Shown here in pieces: positions 46,031-54,145 of a stretch of 64,000 nt of DNA. The position numbers were made by a program, and so were the translations under genes. The first letter of the stretch is position 1. Every line of letters starts with the position of its first letter. This DNA is from Chthoniobacterales bacterium (lineage in GTDB: Bacteria > Verrucomicrobiota > Verrucomicrobiia > Chthoniobacterales > JAFAMB01), in contig DASWVC010000033.1 of the NCBI GenBank assembly GCA_036401335.1, positions 291 to 64,290 on the forward strand, read 5' to 3'. The notes under the pieces are model-generated. The model was not told the DNA's origin. It was given only the letters and a program-made list of their open reading frames with translations, and did no database searches.

Positions 46031-47562
46031 GCCGGAGCTCCCTCTTCTTCATCCTTGGCAATGGTGCGAAGGATGTTTTCTACGCTGATGTCGGAGCCCG
46101 TCAACTCGCCCGCTTTCCGGCGATCCCTCAGAACGATGACCCGCTGACTCTGCCGCACAATTTCCTCCAGCTCGGAACTGATAAAGAGCACGCCGAGGCC
46201 TTCCCGGCGCAGGGAATTGATCAGTCTTTCAACCTCGGCCTTGGCCCCCACGTCGATGCCGCGGGTAGGCTCGTCCAGGATGAACACCCTCGGTTCGGTG
46301 GCGAGCCATCGGGCAAGCAGCACCTTCTGTTGGTTGCCACCGCTCAGGTTCTTCACCGGCTGGTCGCGGTGCGGCGTCTTGATGGCCAGGCTGTTGATGA
46401 AACGGTCGGCCAACCCTTCTTGTTCTTCCTGGGAAAGCCGGCTCCAGGGACCGCGGCTCGCCTGCAGGGCCAGGATGATGTTTTCACGCACGGTCAAATT
46501 GGGGATGATCCCCGCCGCTTTGCGATCTTCCGGGGTCAACGCCAGCCCGCAACGGATCGCCCCTCGGGGGCTGCGGAACACCGTGACCCGGCCGTTGACC
46601 CGGATGCTGCCGCGGTCAGGTTTGTCGATCCCGAAGAGTAACCGGGCGGTTTCCGTGCGGCCTGAGCCAAGCAAGCCTGCCAACCCCACCACTTCTCCCG
46701 GTCTGATTTCCAGATCAAGCGGGTGAATGGACCCTTTGCGACCCAGCCCGTTCGTCTCGATCAACGGCTTATCCGTCCGGATGCTCGCGGTGCCGGCTCG
46801 CGTGTGTTCAAGTTTTTCCGCTTCCTGCAGGTCCTTTCCCATCATCTGGGCCACGAGCTTCAGGCGGGGCAAGTCCCGGGTCGGGAACTGCCCGACCAGA
46901 CGCCCGTTCCGCAGGATGGTGATGGCGTCCGAGACCTTGTAAACCTGCCCGAGGAAATGGGTCACGAAGATGATCCCGAGCCCCTGGTCGCGTAACTTCC
47001 GTAGGACTTTGAAAAGCTCTTCCGCTTCACCGTCGTCCAGGCTCGAAGTCGGTTCATCCAGGATGAGTAGGCTCGCAGAAATGTCCAGCGCCCGCGCGAT
47101 CGCCACGAGTTGTTGAACCGCGATCGAGTACGCAGAGAGCTGGCGTGAAACGTCGATGCGCAATTCGAGCCGGGCCAGCGCCTTTTGCGCCCGTTGGGTG
47201 ATGGCCCGCCACCGGATCTTTCCCATCAACGTCGGCTGCCGGCCAAGGCAGATGTTTTCCGCCACCGACAGGTCCGGGATCAAGTTTACTTCCTGGTAAA
47301 CCGTGCTGATGCCCAGCCGCTCCGCTTCCCGCGGGGATCGTGGGGCAATGGAAATCCCGTTCAGTGCAGTGCCGCCCGCATCCCGGGAATACACGCCCGT
47401 CAACACCTTGATCAGGGTGCTTTTGCCGGCCCCGTTTTCACCCATTAACGCGTGGATTTCACCGCGGTTGACGGTGAGATCCACGCCGTCAAGGGCCTGA
47501 ACGCCAGGAAAACCTTTCGACAGACCTCGAATTTCCAGAATGGGACTGCCCACGGTGCGCAC
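46027..47562 (-). CDS. Sugar ABC transporter ATP-binding protein, duplicated ATPase (YtfR-like)
   Basis: Two ABC cassettes: Walker A GENGAGKST, signature LSGGNQQK, and Walker B LILDEPT / FILDEPT. Confidence 0.9.
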   Translation of the reverse strand: MRTVGSPILEIRGLSKGFPGVQALDGVDLTVNRGEIHALMGENGAGKSTLIKVLTGVYSRDAGGTALNGISIAPRSPREAERLGISTVYQEVNLIPDLSVAENICLGRQPTLMGKIRWRAITQRAQKALARLELRIDVSRQLSAYSIAVQQLVAIARALDISASLLILDEPTSSLDDGEAEELFKVLRKLRDQGLGIIFVTHFLGQVYKVSDAITILRNGRLVGQFPTRDLPRLKLVAQMMGKDLQEAEKLEHTRAGTASIRTDKPLIETNGLGRKGSIHPLDLEIRPGEVVGLAGLLGSGRTETARLLFGIDKPDRGSIRVNGRVTVFRSPRGAIRCGLALTPEDRKAAGIIPNLTVRENIILALQASRGPWSRLSQEEQEGLADRFINSLAIKTPHRDQPVKNLSGGNQQKVLLARWLATEPRVFILDEPTRGIDVGAKAEVERLINSLRREGLGVLFISSELEEIVRQSQRVIVLRDRRKAGELTGSDISVENILRTIAKDEEEGAPA

Positions 47563-47574
47563 CGCCAGCGTATT

Positions 47575-48555
47575 CTAGTACTGGCGCTTGGGCAGGGCTG
47601 CCTCCGCCAGGGACTGGTCGTACACGCTCTCCTCCGTCACGATGCGTTTTGGCACCGTTTGCCCAGCGGCCACTTTTTCCACGACCTCAAAAAGCTGGGG
47701 TCCAAGCAACGGGTTGCATTCGACACTGCAGTTGAGCTTGCCGTCCGCCATTGCTTTAAAGGCGTCCCGAACGCCGTCGATGGAGACGACGACAATGTCT
47801 TTGCCCGGTTTAAGCCCGGCTTCCTCCATCGCCTGGATCGCACCCAGCGCCATGTCGTCGTTATGCGCGAAAACCGCGGTGATCTCCTTCGCGTCGGGAG
47901 CTTTCAAAAATGCCTCCATCACTTCCTTACCCTTGGCCCGCGTGAAATCGCCGCTCTGCGACTTGACGATTTTCATGTCCGGGTGTTCGGCCAGAATGTC
48001 TTCAAATCCCTTTTTCCGGTCAATCGCGGGAGCCGAGCCGACCGTGCCGACCAGCTCCGCGATCCTGGCTTTGCCGCCGGTTTTGTCGGCGAGCCACTTG
48101 CCCGCGCGCCGCCCTTCCTCAACGAAGTCGGAACCAAGGAACGACACGTAGAGCGACGGATCAGACACTTTGACGGCCCGATCGGACAGCACCACCGGGA
48201 TGCCGGCCTTCTTGGCTTCCTGGAGAACGGGCTCAAAACCCGTTTCGACCACGGGCGAAAAGGCGATCACGTCCACGCCCTGCGCGATAAAAGAGCGGAT
48301 GGCCTTGATCTGATTTTCCTGTTTCTGCTGGGCATCCGAGAAACGCAGGTCGATGCCGCGCTTGGCGGCTTCCGCCTTGATCGATTCGGTGTTGGCGGTG
48401 CGCCAGCCGCTTTCTGCTCCCACCTGGGAGAACCCGACGACTAACTTCTTTTTCGACGCCGCATCTGCAGCCGAGGCGGGCGTTTGGGTTAACAACAGCG
48501 CTGCGGGCAGGGCCAGCAAGGCTGCACGACATCCACGGGTCATATTTAGGTTCAT
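47575..48555 (-). CDS. Periplasmic sugar-binding protein (YtfQ-like)
   Basis: Signal peptide, then KKLVVGFSQVGAESGWR, a type I periplasmic binding fold. Confidence 0.88.
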   Translation of the reverse strand: MNLNMTRGCRAALLALPAALLLTQTPASAADAASKKKLVVGFSQVGAESGWRTANTESIKAEAAKRGIDLRFSDAQQKQENQIKAIRSFIAQGVDVIAFSPVVETGFEPVLQEAKKAGIPVVLSDRAVKVSDPSLYVSFLGSDFVEEGRRAGKWLADKTGGKARIAELVGTVGSAPAIDRKKGFEDILAEHPDMKIVKSQSGDFTRAKGKEVMEAFLKAPDAKEITAVFAHNDDMALGAIQAMEEAGLKPGKDIVVVSIDGVRDAFKAMADGKLNCSVECNPLLGPQLFEVVEKVAAGQTVPKRIVTEESVYDQSLAEAALPKRQY

Positions 48556-48625
48556 TTGAAGGGATTACGGTTTGAATCGGCCACCACCGTGCAACCCTTT
48601 AGCGGCACCGCGGCGTGGGCCAGAA

Positions 48626-48639
48626 TGTGAGCGCTCACA
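48626..48639. promoter_or_regulatory. LacI-family operator O1 (perfect palindrome)
   Basis: TGTGAGCGCTCACA is a perfect 14-bp palindrome of the symmetric lac-operator type. It lies in the divergent region between the ABC operon and the LacI gene. Confidence 0.7.
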
Positions 48640-48681
48640 GAAACAAACCAGGGTTCTTGCCGAGGAGAACAGGGGGGAGTC

Positions 48682-48696
48682 CGTGAACGCTCACAC
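48682..48696. promoter_or_regulatory. LacI-family operator O2 (imperfect palindrome)
   Basis: cGTGAACGCTCACac has one mismatched pair relative to O1 and lies about 56 bp from O1 centre to centre. Confidence 0.6.
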
Positions 48697-48795
48697 CGAC
48701 TAACCGTTCGAAAGGCGTATTGCAAGGAAAAAAGGAAACGAAAGTGCCCCGACGGCCTTTACAATCCGGGCAGAAGGACTATTCACCTAGCCAAT

Positions 48796-49917
48796 ATGCG
48801 GTCGTCCCCCAGAAAGAGGAGCAATAACCTCACCATCAATGACGTCGCCGCGCTGGCCGGAGTTTCCTACCAGACCGTCTCCCGCGTTCTTAACGCGATG
48901 CCGCACGTTTCGGCCACAACCCGGGAAAGGGTGCAAACCGTTCTGCGCCAGGTTGGGTTCCGGCCGAATATGACCGCCCGCCAGCTCGCAACCCAACGTT
49001 CGACCACGGTCGGTCTGGTGACGTTCGCTACCAGTTTTTTCGGTCCCTCCCAGATCATGGTTAACAGCGAACACGCCGCCAAGGAGATGGGGCTGAGTTT
49101 CATGTTCAGCAGCATCGTGGAGCAGAGCGCCCAGGAGGTTCGCCGGGCGGTCGACGAACTCTGCGCCCACCAGGTTTGCGGCATTCTCATCCACCTTCCC
49201 TGGGTCGTTGACCTGCGCGACCTCCGCGAGGTTTGCCGCAACATTCCCATGGTGGCAGTAGACTCGAATTTCGGGTTTAAATGTCCCTCCGTTTTCATCG
49301 ATCAGGAATCGGGCTCCCGGAAGGCAACACGGCACCTCATCGACCTTGGCCACCGGAAAATCGCCTACCTGCGCGGCCCGGTCTTCTGGCGGGCAGCGGA
49401 GCTCCGGTACCGGGGTTGGTGGAAGGAGTTGAAGGCCAAAGGCCTCGAGCCGGGACCCGTCGAGAACGGCGACTGGACGGCGGAGTCCGGATTCGAAGCA
49501 ACAAAGAGGCTCCAGAAAAAGTGGGGAGAGTGCACGGCGATCGTCGTTGCCAACGACCAGATGGCGCTCGGTTCCATCCGGGCCTTTGAAGAGAGCGGCG
49601 TTCGCGTCCCGAAAAACGTTTCGGTGGTCGGGTTTGACGACATCCCGGAAGCCGGCTTTTACCGGCCGCCGCTGTCTACCATCAAACAGGATTTTGCCGC
49701 GCTCGGCCGCTTGAGCATGCAATGCCTGATGGCGCAGCTTCAGTCGCCGCCCGAATATCCCCGCATCCGTCCGATCCAGCCGACCTTGATCGAGCGCAAG
49801 AGTACGGGCTCATGTTCGATGCCGCAGGACTCGTTGGTTAACACGGAAGTGGACGGCGCCCCTCCCGTTAGTCGCGGCCGACGCAGGTCCGCCCAGCAAC
49901 CGTCGTCGGAGGAATAA
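48796..49917 (+). CDS. LacI family transcriptional regulator
   Basis: N-terminal HTH LTINDVAALAGVSYQTVSRVLN with a sugar-binding core. The conserved part ends near PTLIERKSTG (about 49810); the ORF then runs on without conservation. Confidence 0.9.
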   Translation: MRSSPRKRSNNLTINDVAALAGVSYQTVSRVLNAMPHVSATTRERVQTVLRQVGFRPNMTARQLATQRSTTVGLVTFATSFFGPSQIMVNSEHAAKEMGLSFMFSSIVEQSAQEVRRAVDELCAHQVCGILIHLPWVVDLRDLREVCRNIPMVAVDSNFGFKCPSVFIDQESGSRKATRHLIDLGHRKIAYLRGPVFWRAAELRYRGWWKELKAKGLEPGPVENGDWTAESGFEATKRLQKKWGECTAIVVANDQMALGSIRAFEESGVRVPKNVSVVGFDDIPEAGFYRPPLSTIKQDFAALGRLSMQCLMAQLQSPPEYPRIRPIQPTLIERKSTGSCSMPQDSLVNTEVDGAPPVSRGRRRSAQQPSSEE

Positions 49918-49919
49918 AC

Positions 49920-50066
49920 GCCGGGAAGAAGGTGTCGGTTTGTAAGAAAGGGATAAACGCGCTCTTTCGGCAGGGGGGTGGCAGCGAATTCCTCGAGCCA
50001 GAAGCCGGTCTTGCGGCGCGTGTTACCGAGTTGATCGTGTGATGTTAACACCATCAGTATTTTCAT
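49920..50066 (-). pseudogene. 5' remnant of a DJ-1/PfpI (type 1 glutamine amidotransferase-like) gene
   Basis: MKILMVLTSHDQLGNTRRKTGFWLEEFAA is the typical N-terminus of the family. Similarity fades after about 45 codons and the ORF runs into the LacI gene tail. Confidence 0.5.
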
Positions 50067-50141
50067 GTTTGTTCTCCTTTGTTTTCCTTGTGCGGATCTT
50101 TTGGTGGGTTGGAGGCAGGTAGGCTCGGAGCGTAAAGGAGT

Positions 50142-50297
50142 TTACGTTGCTTGCGGCACGAACTTTCGTGCCAGTGATGCAATCTCGTCGGCTTTGGAGT
50201 CCAACGCGAAGTGGCCGGCGTCGAGGACTTTGACAGCAGGGTCAGAAGAGCCGGCGCGCGGAAGGAAAACCTCCGCTGCCCACCTCGGCACCTAACA
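50142..50297 (-). pseudogene. 3' remnant of an alpha/beta-hydrolase gene
   Basis: Minus-strand translation ...AAEVFLPRAGSSDPAVKVLDAGHFALDSKADEIASLARKFVPQAT-stop is a typical C-terminus with the catalytic His in GHF. Upstream sequence toward 50480 is frameshifted and interrupted. Confidence 0.4.
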
Positions 50298-50482
50298 TCA
50301 ATTCCGCAGACGAACATGACTGCAATGATGAATCTCCGACAGATCCGTCTCGAGCGACGCATCTTGTCACCATGGGAGGTCGGTGACCGCTTGGTTCCAG
50401 GCGGCGGCGATCGACTGCGATGGTCTCTATGCCGAATACAGGATCGCACCGGTGGAAGCGGTGGCTGCAATTCCCAACGAGT

Positions 50483-51624
50483 TATACCAGCTTGCAGGTT
50501 AAACTGGTAAAATCGGCGTGACCCTGGGCGATGGTTGGGTGAAGTTGGCGCCCATGGCACGGACGCGCCGCAAACTGGATGAACAAGGGGAAACGGAACT
50601 GCTCTTGGAGCGGCTGCGCCGCCAGCGGGCCGGCTGGCAACGCGAACGGCTTTTGGCCGTCAAATGGGGCTTGGAAGGCGAACTCACCCTTGAGCAGATC
50701 GCCGCGCAACTGGGCCGAGCCCGTTCGAGCATCCAGCAGTGGTTTGATGCCTTTCGCTGCAGCGGGGTGGAGGGGCTGCTGTGCTTAAAGCGGGGCAAGG
50801 GGCCGCCCAGTCGCCTCACGCCGGCCATGGCGCGGGCCCTGAGCCGAAAGCTCCAAAGCGGTGAGTGCCGCCGGGCCGTCGACGCCCACCGTTGGCTGGT
50901 GAAGACCTATGGGTTGGAAGTGCGCCTGGCGTCGGTTTACCACTATTTAAAAGGCTTAGGGGCGCGGTTGAAAGTGCCGCGCCCCTGCCACCGCCGCGGC
51001 GTTCAAAGTTACGCTGGGTCAAAAGCTCGCCGCCTTAAACTGCCAGCCCGTCGCCCGGTGCGGCTCTGGGTGGCCGATGAAAGGCGCTACGGCTTGCAGC
51101 CCGTGACCCGGCGGGTCTGGGCTTTACGAGGCCAGCGGACCGTGGTTCCCGTCCAGCCGGGCTATGAAGGGGGCTACGTCTTTGGCGCCCTCCAAGTCGG
51201 GGGCGCGGGTGCGGCGGAGTTCTTTTACTGCCCCACGGCCAACCAGGAATCCAGCCGGCTCTTTTTGCACCAAGTGGCCACATGCGACCCCGAGGCGAAC
51301 CACGTCGTGATTTGGGACGGGGCGGGGTTCCACCCCGGCGACGGGGCACCGAAGCTGCCGCCTGGGGTACGCCTGCTGGCCTTCCCGCCGTACCGCCCGG
51401 AGTTGAACCCGGTCGAAAAGCTGTGGGACCAGCTTAAAGACCGCCTCTGCAACCGACCCTTCCACAGCCTGCGGGCGCTCGAAGCCGTGATGACGGACTT
51501 CCTGCGCGAGGTGTGGCAAGACGCCCGGCGGGTCGGGAATCTGATTGGCGACGGCTGGCTGCGGGCGCAAAGCAAACGCTTCCTTCGCCGGAATTTTGCC
51601 GGTATGACGGCCTAAATGGTATTA
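50483..51624 (+). mobile_element. IS630-family insertion sequence (about 1.14 kb)
   Basis: A single transposase ORF flanked by imperfect terminal inverted repeats (left TATACCAGCTTGCAGGTTAAACTGGTAAAATCGGCG; right, in reverse complement, AATACCATTTAGGCCGTCATACCGGCAAAATTCCGGCG). The ends lie next to TA dinucleotides. Exact ends are uncertain by a few bp. Confidence 0.7.
50554..51615 (+). CDS. IS630-family DDE transposase
   Basis: N-terminal HTH (LTLEQIAAQLGRARSSIQQW). DDE triad candidates are WVADERRYG, VVIWDGAGFH and PELNPVEKLW, with D-to-E spacing of about 30 residues. Start at ATG 50554 (or GTG 50518). Confidence 0.88.
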   Translation: MARTRRKLDEQGETELLLERLRRQRAGWQRERLLAVKWGLEGELTLEQIAAQLGRARSSIQQWFDAFRCSGVEGLLCLKRGKGPPSRLTPAMARALSRKLQSGECRRAVDAHRWLVKTYGLEVRLASVYHYLKGLGARLKVPRPCHRRGVQSYAGSKARRLKLPARRPVRLWVADERRYGLQPVTRRVWALRGQRTVVPVQPGYEGGYVFGALQVGGAGAAEFFYCPTANQESSRLFLHQVATCDPEANHVVIWDGAGFHPGDGAPKLPPGVRLLAFPPYRPELNPVEKLWDQLKDRLCNRPFHSLRALEAVMTDFLREVWQDARRVGNLIGDGWLRAQSKRFLRRNFAGMTA

Positions 51625-51853
51625 CCGGCAGAAAAAGCCGGACTGTTCATGTGCGCAGGCGCCCGAAAGAGGCCGGCTTACGAATGGCCGGCGCACCGGA
51701 AGCCGTGCCCGCGGTTTGCCCCGATGGCGTCGAAGCCAACAATTTCTGCCTCGGTTCGACCCTCCCGTCCGCTCTGTGCTTACCCTTTTTGCTTCCCCAT
51801 CTACCCGCGGCCGGGCCGCTCACTGGCATGGGATAGACAGGGTTCGTTTCTTC

Positions 51854-52597
51854 TCAACTTTGAAGAATTTGCCGGAGGTTTTCGGGGGACGTCTGGCTCG
51901 CCCAAAGCATCACCATGCCGTTCATCTCCTGGCAGATCATCTCCCAAGGGCCCTCGCTGCCAGGTTGCGGCGGCAGTTCGGTGCCCAAGGCACTCTTAGG
52001 AATGACAAGCAAGTGAACCAACCGGCCGTCCGGCAACCGAAAGCAGGTAAGGGACATGCGGTGGCCGCGCCACTCCATCACGCGGCACCCGGCCGTGTGC
52101 ATCCGTTGCAGACTCGCCGGGATGGCCGGCGCGCTCGGGCCTTGCTGCTGCGCAATGTAAGCTTGGGTTTCGGCGAAGCTCGACGTGATCAGATCGAGCT
52201 TGGGACCGGCCGGCAACGAGACCATGGCCAAAGCATCCCGCTGAAACGCCGCGGCGAGGCCGGAGGAACGGGAAGACGGACGCAAGGGACCGATCAAGAC
52301 AACCGCGCTCACCGTCAAGACAGCCGCCATGGCCGAAAGTGGGCCAAACCAGCGGTCGCGTCGAAGCGGCACCGTTTTCAAACCAGCCATGACAAGGTTG
52401 GGCAGGTCCGCGGGCGGCTCAATCGTGCGAAGCCGCTCGATCAGGGCAGCGTCCACGCTGCGTTGCCCGTCCAGCCATTCGCCCAGTGCAGGGTCCATCT
52501 TTGCTTGCGCGAGGGCCTTTGCAAACGTTGGGTCTTGCGCATCCGCACCGTTCGGCCGGTAGGCGCTAAGGATGACTCTCGCCTCGTTGTTATCCAC
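51854..52597 (-). CDS. Putative anti-sigma factor (single-pass membrane protein)
   Basis: Overlaps the ECF sigma stop by 8 nt. It has an N-terminal helical region, one TM segment (WFGPLSAMAAVLTVSAVVLIGPL) and no HxxxCxxC zinc motif. Confidence 0.6.
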   Translation of the reverse strand: MDNNEARVILSAYRPNGADAQDPTFAKALAQAKMDPALGEWLDGQRSVDAALIERLRTIEPPADLPNLVMAGLKTVPLRRDRWFGPLSAMAAVLTVSAVVLIGPLRPSSRSSGLAAAFQRDALAMVSLPAGPKLDLITSSFAETQAYIAQQQGPSAPAIPASLQRMHTAGCRVMEWRGHRMSLTCFRLPDGRLVHLLVIPKSALGTELPPQPGSEGPWEMICQEMNGMVMLWASQTSPENLRQILQS

Positions 52598-53144
52598 GGC
52601 CGAGCCTTTCTTCCGGTGGCAGGGGGATTATTTTAGAGTCCCGCAGCCCTTGCAAACTCGAAAGCCGCGCCCGGAGCTGTTCCTTGCCACGCGACAGGCG
52701 GGACATCACCGTGCCGATCGGGATTTCCAGCGCGTCGGCAATCTCGCGGTAGGAAAGTTCGCCCAGGTAGTACATCTTGAGCGCCACTTGGTAGGTGTCG
52801 TCCAGAGCGTCCAACGCGTCCAGGATCAGGTGTGCATCAGCGCTGCGTGCAGCGGTTACGTCCAACGTCGCGGCCTCGTGTTCGCCGCTCTCAAAAGAAA
52901 CTTCGGGGTGCGCGTTTTGCCGCCGGGCCAGCCGGAGGAATTCGCGTCGCAACGTCGTGAAAAGCCATCCCTTCAGTTTCTCCAACTCTCGCAACTGATG
53001 GCCGTGCTGGGCGAGAAGCAGAAAGGTCTGCTGCGTTAAATCAGCCGCGGAGGCTTCCTGGCGGGTAAGGGACAAGGCAAAACGGTAGAGCGACTGGTAA
53101 TAAGCCGCCACCGCACCTTCGAGGTCGATCGATTTGCCTGTCAT
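52590..53144 (-). CDS. ECF-type RNA polymerase sigma factor
   Basis: Region 2 YYQSLYRFALSLTRQEASAADLTQQTF and region 4 LSYREIADALEIPIGTVMSRLSRGKEQLR. Confidence 0.9.
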   Translation of the reverse strand: MTGKSIDLEGAVAAYYQSLYRFALSLTRQEASAADLTQQTFLLLAQHGHQLRELEKLKGWLFTTLRREFLRLARRQNAHPEVSFESGEHEAATLDVTAARSADAHLILDALDALDDTYQVALKMYYLGELSYREIADALEIPIGTVMSRLSRGKEQLRARLSSLQGLRDSKIIPLPPEERLGRG

Positions 53145-53223
53145 GGTGAACTGCTGGGCACCGCAGAGATTTCCGCATCCCGGGGTGAGAGGGAAGTGGC
53201 GACGAATTATTCCCCTTTCCCTT

Positions 53224-53961
53224 TCAAAGCGACTTCAGCCATTTGGAAGCCACCGGCCCCAGCATGAAGTAGCTTTGCGCCACCAACAAGCTGGTAACGT
53301 AAAAAAACATGATTTCTTCCACCGGCAGGCTTTGGCGCCACCTGAGGCCGAGAATCTGCCGGTCGTCAAAAATCCAGAGGCCGCGCCGAACAGCCGCCAA
53401 GTCGGCCAAGGTGAGCCACGTGCCGACCAAAACCGTCGCGATCGTCACGGCGAACCCGTTGGCGACGAGCAGCGGGCCGGCCAGCAGCCATTGCAGCACC
53501 AGGACGGGTCCGAACCAGTAGACGAGGTGAAAAAGGTAATGCCCCCGCCGGGGCAGGCGGCGGGTGGCCCAAAACCCCACCAACGCCCAGAGCAGAAGGA
53601 GGGTACCCAGGCCAAGGCGGACCGGCAAAGACCCAAAGCCGGGAATCCCGGGTTTCCAGAACCCGAACAGCCCGCTCAGGCCGTGGCAAACCAGCATCAC
53701 TTCCAAGCCTTGGAGCACGAAAAAACAGTACTCCTCGACGGGTAAGTGCCAGATCCGAAAGGCGTACCTGGAATCCGGGAAATCCCACATCCCGTGGGCA
53801 ACCGCATAATTGTCCCAGGGAGTGGTGAACGCGACCACGATCAGCAGGACGAGCCCAAAGGTCAGCAGCACCCACGGCCGCCACGCCCCGAATAGGGAGA
53901 TGCAACCAGCCAGGGCCAGTAAAGGAAGGTTAAAACGCAGGTGAAAGCTTCCGTAGGTCAC
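53224..53961 (-). CDS. Lycopene cyclase domain protein (fused CrtYc/CrtYd-type, two repeats)
   Basis: Polytopic protein with two copies of the hPxEE motif, HLPVEEYCFFVLQ and SLPVEEIMFFYVT. GTG at 53961 is proposed as the start because the ATG at 54147 would overlap divergent ilvD. Confidence 0.7.
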   Translation of the reverse strand: MTYGSFHLRFNLPLLALAGCISLFGAWRPWVLLTFGLVLLIVVAFTTPWDNYAVAHGMWDFPDSRYAFRIWHLPVEEYCFFVLQGLEVMLVCHGLSGLFGFWKPGIPGFGSLPVRLGLGTLLLLWALVGFWATRRLPRRGHYLFHLVYWFGPVLVLQWLLAGPLLVANGFAVTIATVLVGTWLTLADLAAVRRGLWIFDDRQILGLRWRQSLPVEEIMFFYVTSLLVAQSYFMLGPVASKWLKSL

Positions 53962-54145
53962 AGCTGGGGGTGCGGCAAACGCCGGATACAGGGTGAAGGC
54001 AGAACGGCCATGGGCAAATTCCGGTACGAGTGAAACGGCATTGTGGCTAACGGTACGCTTCCGGAGGCGTTCGCGGCGGCAAGGCCCGCCGCGGGAAGAA
54101 AAAACTTGGTTGCGCCGCGTCCCGGGCGGGCTAAGTCCAACGATC

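Noticed and set aside
47452-48444. 330-aa plus-strand ORF over the sugar-binding protein gene
   Set aside because: It is antisense to a gene with a clear signal peptide and periplasmic-binding fold. The same reasoning applies to 48787-49722 (antisense to LacI), 54677-55717 (antisense to ilvD), 60519-62018 (antisense to the RND and MFP genes) and 21046-21849 (antisense to the smc 3' end).
51755-51790. tRNA-like GGTTCGACC string next to the IS element
   Set aside because: The flanking bases cannot form a T-stem (a GGGAG partner for CTCCC is absent). No acceptor, D or anticodon arms could be drawn, so it is neither a tRNA nor a clear tRNA fragment.
53145-53223. Candidate ECF-type promoter (GGAAT/GGAAAT ... 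GTT) upstream of the sigma gene
   Set aside because: The matches are weak. One candidate lies only about 5 nt from the ATG. It cannot be supported without a TSS or a family-specific consensus.
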